Assembly (NCBI GenBank): GCA_029856145.1
Contig: JAHQWK010000029.1
Span: forward strand, 15,130 to 79,129
Length of the DNA stretch: 64,000 nt
From: Promethearchaeia archaeon
Lineage (GTDB): Archaea; Asgardarchaeota; Lokiarchaeia; Sigyniarchaeales; SOKP01
Reading direction: 5' to 3'
Numbering within the stretch: the first letter of the stretch is position 1; every line of letters starts with the position of its first letter. Made by a program: the position numbers and the translations under genes. The notes under the pieces were generated by a model. The model was not told the origin of the DNA, made no database searches, and saw nothing but the letters and a program-made list of their open reading frames with translations. Positions 58,246-64,000 of the stretch are shown here, one piece after another.

Positions 58246-61224
58246 TTATTTCCTCTTTTTTTGTTTAATTTTGCTGAATTTAATTACTTTAATTTTTTCT
58301 TTAAATTTGTCTATATTATAGTTTTCTTCTACTCTGCCTAATTGAAGTAGAATGTGAGAAATTTCTTCACAATTTTCATAAAGTTTTACTGCTTCTTTAA
58401 ATAGATTTTGATCGAAATAATATTTAGCTTGTTCTTCCAATTTATTTCGTTTATCCTCTAAATCAGAGATCTTTAGATTTCTATCTTCCACTATTTGAAT
58501 TAACTCATGTTGGTACATTTTCGATGTGTCAACATCTTTTAAATTTTTAATGATTTTAATTAAATCAATATATATTTCCATTACCCTTAAGAAATTATTG
58601 CTACTTTTTTCATATTCCAAATTTTCTAATTTGATTTCGTGTTCTTTGCTCAATCTTTTAATTTCTGCGACTAAATTTGTATAATATGCTGCTTCATCCT
58701 TTTTTCCTATCTTTATAAGATGTTGTTCTGCAAGTTCAAATTGCTTTTGAGCTTCTATATAAGCACCTTCATCAAATAATTCTTCTCCTAATAACTTAAT
58801 TTCATCTAATTGTTTTTCTAAATCAGGTTTTTCAATTAATTCTTCTTTATCTGTTGGCTCCTCGTAAACATTTTCTTTATATTTATCCTTTTCAGACACA
58901 TATTTTGAACTAGCAGAGATTTTGTTGATATGAGTAAGTATCATTTTCAATGGTATCTTCTTTCTAGGAGGATGTATTTTATTGAGAATTCTTTTTCTTA
59001 ATATAACAATTACAGCGACTGAGCCAATTACGCTACCTAATATGTAGGGTAATAAGTCCAAAACTGTAAGTCCATTTCCTCCACCGTTTATCGATAGAAT
59101 ATTAAAAGATCCCATTGTGTAATTGCTTTTTAATCCCGCTCCATCAATTTGAAGTAAAAAATAATAATATGTGCCAGGAGCAAAACTTTCAGTTAATTCT
59201 AAATAACTGCTGATAGAGCCTGTATAGGTAATATTAATGTTGTACATAAATCCTGGGGTTTCATCTGGATCAGATTCATTATCAATAATGAAACTATAGG
59301 ATGAAATACCAGAAAGATCATAACCATCTTCCCAATCAAAAACTAAAGTACTATATGTTCCATTAGTTGGCGCACTAACTATTATAGGGGAATTTGGCGG
59401 TGTAGTATCAACCACATTAATTGAATCACTAACTGAATTCCAAATTCCACAATTATCTTCAATGTGTATTGTATATACATAATTTCCCGTATTAGATGGA
59501 GTCCATGAATCATATTGCCAAATATCACCCAAAATATTTGTCATAGAGTCATTAGTACCCTCAAATTCAATTTTGACTTGTCTAATTCCAGATAAATCAG
59601 TTGCATTAATCGATATAATTTCTGTATCTCCCAATTCTAATGTATTTGAACTTTCAGTTAAGTTTGAGTAAATTGGAGGATCAATATTAAATTTCACCTC
59701 TTGACTAATATTACAAAAAGTTTCAGGATCGTTTTGATTATGATATGAGGTGTTAAATGATTCGGGTATTCTCAAAGTATCTGAAATACGGAGTTCATCG
59801 ATGATTCCGTCAAAATAATCCGTTAACGTCCTCCCTAATTCCAGATTAGTAATATTTATCCCTTCTGTATTAGTTATTACTATATATTGCCAATTTGTAG
59901 ATACCGAAGACTGTTTATTTCCATCTATATAGATAGTTGTTGTATCAGGAAAATTTGTAGTTAATAATTGCCCCTCAACAATTTCAATCCGTGATATACC
60001 GTTTAAATCGGCGATTCTCATAAAATCATAATTATAATAAACCTTAACATATATACAATCAACAGCTAATGTACCAGAGGCATGAGAACTACGTCGTATT
60101 CTTACTCGAAAATTATTGTTATTAAGTTCATCTGATGTCCAGGTGTGCCCCCAATCGTTTGCAGGACCTCCAAATGTCTCATTATTATCACCTGAAACAT
60201 CCCATGGTTTGGACTCTGAGGTGGTATAAGTATTTCCACCGTCCCAAGAAAGTGCAACTAAGCCCTCCGTAGGAGAGGAATATGATGCTTCAATCTCTAG
60301 TTCTATTCCATTAATAGTAGCTCCATTTGGTACATTCAAGGAAAAATTATACCAATCTTGATAAGTATTTTGAGATCCTATTGAATAAGAATCGTTACTT
60401 TCAAAGGCATATTTAGGATTACTCCATTGATCATGGTCATCTCCAGTTGCAGATGGTCTTTTCCAACTCGTTTCAACTGAACCACCACTACCAAGATTAC
60501 TTGGTTTCATCCAAAACTCAATTGTTTTTATCTCCGGTCCTACGTTGCCTATGGCAATAAATTCATTAACTCCTTCAAAATAATTCGAGCTACCAATTTT
60601 TCCATCAAGATTTGAAACCCCCCCGTATTCGGTTCCATCTTTTTGATTGGATGTAGAATCTAGAGCGTCAACTTCAGTCATATGCCAGATTCCTTTATAA
60701 TTATCATCCCATACTTCTGTTGGATTTTCTTGGGAAGATAAATAGGGATTACCGTAATACATTGTAATATTAGTATAGTCAGAAACACGTAATAAAGGAA
60801 TTTGTACCCATGCTATAAGTTGAGCATGAGTTCCATTACCAACTTGATCGAAAAGCTCTATTTCGTGATTTAACCAAGCAGTATCATTAGCAAAGGCAAT
60901 ATCATTACCACTAGATTGAACTTTGGTATGTAAATCTGCGTCATAAATTGAGAAAAGTACTGGAAAATTAGTATAATTACTTGATCCAATGACTTTTGAA
61001 TGGTTAAGAGTAATTATTTTATAGTATTTGAAATTGTATTTACCCGTTGGACCGTTTGTAGATAAATGAATCCCCTTAAATTCATCTAGATTTTGTTCAA
61101 GGTCATAATCCTTTTCAGAATTAAAGCTATTAAAATCATTTAAATTAAATGAAATAAAAAATATTAAACTTAAATTTGTGAGAATTAATAATAAAATTAA
61201 TGAAGTTCTTTTATTCCTTTCCAT
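58246..61224 (-). CDS. Single-pass surface receptor-like protein (DUF2341 + LamG-like + Ig/FN3-like, TM, cytoplasmic helical repeats)
   Basis: Signal anchor; NFPVL...DIAF...WVQIP...MYYGN (DUF2341); GIWHM...FDGIIDELRISD (LamG); VDTTPP, WEDGYDLSGISSY; TM LLPYILGSVIGSVAVIVIL; TPR-like hairpins in the tail. Confidence 0.8.
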   Translation of the reverse strand: MERNKRTSLILLLILTNLSLIFFISFNLNDFNSFNSEKDYDLEQNLDEFKGIHLSTNGPTGKYNFKYYKIITLNHSKVIGSSNYTNFPVLFSIYDADLHTKVQSSGNDIAFANDTAWLNHEIELFDQVGNGTHAQLIAWVQIPLLRVSDYTNITMYYGNPYLSSQENPTEVWDDNYKGIWHMTEVDALDSTSNQKDGTEYGGVSNLDGKIGSSNYFEGVNEFIAIGNVGPEIKTIEFWMKPSNLGSGGSVETSWKRPSATGDDHDQWSNPKYAFESNDSYSIGSQNTYQDWYNFSLNVPNGATINGIELEIEASYSSPTEGLVALSWDGGNTYTTSESKPWDVSGDNNETFGGPANDWGHTWTSDELNNNNFRVRIRRSSHASGTLAVDCIYVKVYYNYDFMRIADLNGISRIEIVEGQLLTTNFPDTTTIYIDGNKQSSVSTNWQYIVITNTEGINITNLELGRTLTDYFDGIIDELRISDTLRIPESFNTSYHNQNDPETFCNISQEVKFNIDPPIYSNLTESSNTLELGDTEIISINATDLSGIRQVKIEFEGTNDSMTNILGDIWQYDSWTPSNTGNYVYTIHIEDNCGIWNSVSDSINVVDTTPPNSPIIVSAPTNGTYSTLVFDWEDGYDLSGISSYSFIIDNESDPDETPGFMYNINITYTGSISSYLELTESFAPGTYYYFLLQIDGAGLKSNYTMGSFNILSINGGGNGLTVLDLLPYILGSVIGSVAVIVILRKRILNKIHPPRKKIPLKMILTHINKISASSKYVSEKDKYKENVYEEPTDKEELIEKPDLEKQLDEIKLLGEELFDEGAYIEAQKQFELAEQHLIKIGKKDEAAYYTNLVAEIKRLSKEHEIKLENLEYEKSSNNFLRVMEIYIDLIKIIKNLKDVDTSKMYQHELIQIVEDRNLKISDLEDKRNKLEEQAKYYFDQNLFKEAVKLYENCEEISHILLQLGRVEENYNIDKFKEKIKVIKFSKIKQKKRK

Positions 61225-61456
61225 AACCCAAATAGTCTCCTAAAAAAATTTTAGCAATCTCTTATACAAAGATATTTAGCATATCTTCTATATTAAGAAA
61301 AGTAATATATTAGTATATGGTATGATAATATTAATTTAGTTATTTAAATATGACATAAACAAGTATCCCTATAGAAATTATAAATAACAATTAATGACCA
61401 ATAGGTTGTTATACTTGTTATAGAATTAGATTTTCAAATAGAGAGAAACATATAAA

Positions 61457-62695
61457 TTAGCCTTTATCAGTCTCAAATTTCTTCACTTCTTCAAACATTT
61501 GCTTTTCCCACATAAAAGTATCTTTCTCTTCTTTGAATTTTAGTTTTTCCGTTTCAAATTTCTGTTTTTCCTTCTCAAAAGCATATTTCTCTTGTCTAAT
61601 TTTATGTTTTCTTTCTTTGATGTTCTTTCTTTCTAATTGAAATAACACTTTTATTTCGTCTAATTTTAATTTGTCCTGATTAAATGCATCAATTTTCTTC
61701 TTGAAATTCGACTCTTTTTCTTCGAGTTCTGATCTGGTTTTGCTTTCAGTTTTGTCAATTTCTGGTTTTACTTTCTCTTTGGTTAGGTTATCGTCTCTGT
61801 CTCTTTCCTTTTTTTTCACTTCTTCAAGCATTTGCTTTTCCCAATTAAATGCTTCTTTTTCTTCTTGAAATTTTTGTACTTTGAGCTCAAATTCTCTCTT
61901 TTCTTCTTCAAATTTTTGCTTCTCTTCCTTCATTCTATCAATTTCTAAAGTTCTAATTCTCTCTTTATGAGTAATTCCATTATTTTTTGCGTTATCATCT
62001 TTTTCAATATGTCCAATAAAGTCCAAATCTCCAAGTTCTTCAGGAACTTTCTCCTTTAACGCAGTTTTATTCAATTTACTTTTTATTAAATTAATGAAAT
62101 TTTCTTCAGTTTTTATTGTCTTAATTAAATTAGCTTCTTTAGCTAAATCTATTATTATTTCTGCAATTTGAATTGCTTCATCAAACTTCTTTTGTGCATA
62201 ATATTCATGCCTCTTTTTTTTTAATTCGGCTATGTGTGTATCAATGGATTGTTTAGGACTAATTTCTGCTTGGATCTGGTCAATAAACCTCTTTTCTTCG
62301 TTTATTATAAGATTCATACCATTAGTTTTCGCAATATCAATGATCTTTTTAGCAACTTCAATTGCTTCAACCTTTTCTCCACTTTCTAAGTAATTTTGTT
62401 TAAACTCCTTTAATTCTTCAATTCTTTTTTTAACTTCACTAATCGCAATTTCTTTCTGTCTAGTTTTCTTTTCGTCTTCTGTTGGTTGACTTTTGATCAA
62501 TCCCCTTCTTATTTTTTCTTCAGTTATCCTAGTTTTTGCCTTGCTAATGTTATCCAGTTTATCTAACATTGAAAGAATACTTTTTTTTTCCGTGTCTTGT
62601 TGAATTTCAACATGCCCTTCAGCTTCTGGGACATTAGATCTTTTCTTCTTTTCCTTCTTATCCTTTTTTTTTGCTTTCTTTAAGTCAGGACTCAC
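61457..62695 (-). CDS. Charged coiled-coil protein with two helical-hairpin repeats and Phe-heptad repeats
   Basis: EAIEVAKKIIDIAK and EAIQIAEIIIDLAK repeats; F(N/M)WEKQM(L/F)EEVKK occurs twice. Confidence 0.7.
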   Translation of the reverse strand: MSPDLKKAKKKDKKEKKKRSNVPEAEGHVEIQQDTEKKSILSMLDKLDNISKAKTRITEEKIRRGLIKSQPTEDEKKTRQKEIAISEVKKRIEELKEFKQNYLESGEKVEAIEVAKKIIDIAKTNGMNLIINEEKRFIDQIQAEISPKQSIDTHIAELKKKRHEYYAQKKFDEAIQIAEIIIDLAKEANLIKTIKTEENFINLIKSKLNKTALKEKVPEELGDLDFIGHIEKDDNAKNNGITHKERIRTLEIDRMKEEKQKFEEEKREFELKVQKFQEEKEAFNWEKQMLEEVKKKERDRDDNLTKEKVKPEIDKTESKTRSELEEKESNFKKKIDAFNQDKLKLDEIKVLFQLERKNIKERKHKIRQEKYAFEKEKQKFETEKLKFKEEKDTFMWEKQMFEEVKKFETDKG

Positions 62696-62906
62696 GTGTT
62701 ACCATCATTCCATATATTCTGTGATTTGAGTTTTCATGTAGATTTTTATATCTAGAGGAACAATTTGAATAAAAAATTTTGTTAACCAAAAATGCAATTA
62801 ATATCAAGGTTCAATTATTCTCTTTCAGTAAAGAAAAAAAAAATAAATAGGAAAATATAATTATTTTAATTTAAAGTCAATTTATTCATAAAATCGATGT
62901 GGTACA

Positions 62907-63257
62907 ATGAGGAAAATTGAAAAGAAATTTTTATTTTTAGGACTAGGTTTAACAATAATTATTATTTCTGGAGTCTTTATCATTTTAAGTGCTTTTCAAA
63001 TAAATTATCAACAGACAATTATAGAAGAGCAAAAACAAATCATGGATGAAAATAGACAATGGGCAGAAAAAATTACATTCTGGGAAGTTACAGGTGGATT
63101 AGGAGAGGATATTATTGAAGGTGAAAAAATTTACTATGATGCGCTTGCAAAATACTCAACAGCAGTACAAGTACAAACTTTAACAATACTATTCATTATT
63201 ATGTTAAGCATAATGATTATCACTACAGTAGGAAGCTTAATAATTAAATTAACTTAG
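62907..63257 (+). CDS. Small two-TM membrane protein
   Basis: 116 aa, hydrophobic segments at both ends. Confidence 0.65.
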   Translation: MRKIEKKFLFLGLGLTIIIISGVFIILSAFQINYQQTIIEEQKQIMDENRQWAEKITFWEVTGGLGEDIIEGEKIYYDALAKYSTAVQVQTLTILFIIMLSIMIITTVGSLIIKLT

Positions 63258-63438
63258 ATTTTATTAATTAAAACTGAGATTTTTAATAAGAGAATTCATA
63301 CTCTTGATAATTTGTTTATAATGGGTAATTTTTTATTGTTTGCTTTGTTATTTAAACAAAAGTTTATTTAAGCAAATGTAAAATAATACCTTTAAAAATA
63401 ACTAATAGAATCGAGCAGAGTAAGGAGATCTGCAACAT

Positions 63439-63675
63439 ATGATATTATCCTTCCCGAACATGGGACCAAACTATGTAGCATTTAAAACATTATTCGAGCA
63501 GCGTGATATAGAAGTTGTGGTTCCTGATCCAACCAATCGTGAAGCAATTAAGATTGGTGTTAAATATAGTCCAGAGTTTGTCTGTTTTCCATTTAAAGCT
63601 ACTTTGGGTGATTTTGTGAGTGCCATAAAAAAAGGAGCGGATACCTTAGTTATGGCTATTGATTGTGGACAATAA
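63439..63675 (+). pseudogene. Truncated N-terminus of a 2-hydroxyacyl-CoA dehydratase/activase-related protein
   Basis: SFPNMG, VVVP.PTN..AI..G.KYSPEFVCFPFK.TLGD; stops at CGQ, where a GxCR-type motif is expected; AGGAG SD. Confidence 0.7.
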
Positions 63676-63694
63676 TCCCAACCCTGTGTTTGAC

Positions 63695-64000
63695 ATGAGC
63701 GAAGAAAAACTAGCAATACATATAAGAAAAGTAGAAGCGATCTCTGAAATGGTTAGAAATGCGTACGATAACGCGAAGCCGGGGGAATATTTCTCTCTAA
63801 AAAAGGCGAGCGTTTCCCACATGGCTCCACAGCCGGATAACCCGATCTATAGTGATAAGCCGATAGACGTGAAGTCACTTACAGACATTATTGAGATAAA
63901 CACGGATACAAGGACGTGTATTGCAGAAGCAGGGATTACTTTTGTTAGGCTTGCAAGAGAAACCTTAAAGTATGGGCTTGTACCACAATGTGTTTCCGAG
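63695..64000 (+). CDS. FAD-binding oxidoreductase (FAD_binding_4, Delta24-sterol-reductase-like), partial
   Basis: Open to the window end: MSEEKLAIHIRKVE...SVSH..P...IDVKSLTDIIEINTDTRTCIAEAGITFVRLARETLKYGLVPQCVSE. Confidence 0.65.
   Translation, partial: MSEEKLAIHIRKVEAISEMVRNAYDNAKPGEYFSLKKASVSHMAPQPDNPIYSDKPIDVKSLTDIIEINTDTRTCIAEAGITFVRLARETLKYGLVPQCVSE

Noticed and set aside
118-63716. Many short ORFs in the track (e.g. 118-324, 1297-1503, 1795-2049, 8617-9045, 19559-19879, 25835-26137, 45061-45303, 57789-58043, 63471-63716)
   Set aside because: They are antisense or off-frame shadows of longer, motif-supported genes, with Ser/Phe/Ile-biased composition and no motifs
1-64000. tRNA, rRNA, CRISPR array, transposase or integrase
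   Set aside because: I found no GC-rich structured RNA segments, repeat-spacer arrays or DDE/tyrosine-recombinase motifs by eye; tRNAscan-SE, Infernal and ISEScan would be needed to exclude them formally

Overview
AT-rich archaeal chromosomal window. The gene content points to an Asgard archaeon, most likely Lokiarchaeia (inference): four small GTPases (Rab-like, longin-fused, RagA/Gtr1-like with roadblock, and a GTPase-RHH fusion), longin/uDENN-like and roadblock-like proteins, IPG/IPFG C-terminally anchored surface proteins, and GGAGGTGA-type SD motifs. It also encodes beta-oxidation enzymes, amino-acid fermentation enzymes (TnaA, HypD, acyl-CoA dehydratase/activase cluster, PepD), NadB, XPF, a SIR2-TPR protein, two LMW phosphatases, an orphan CheR, an SRD5A-like reductase and a double-domain PlsC-like acyltransferase. 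I saw no rRNA, tRNA, CRISPR array or IS. Best candidates for undescribed systems: (1) a degenerate small GTPase fused to a ribbon-helix-helix DNA-binding domain, whose promoter carries two TATGTAC-N7-GTACATA palindromes 52 bp apart around a TATA-like box; (2) a tight operon encoding a surface receptor, a RagA-like GTPase and a longin/uDENN protein, converging on a Zn-roadblock gene; (3) repeated evidence for ATA/ATT start codons. A probable contig junction lies near 63673. All family calls come from motif recognition by eye; no database searches were run.
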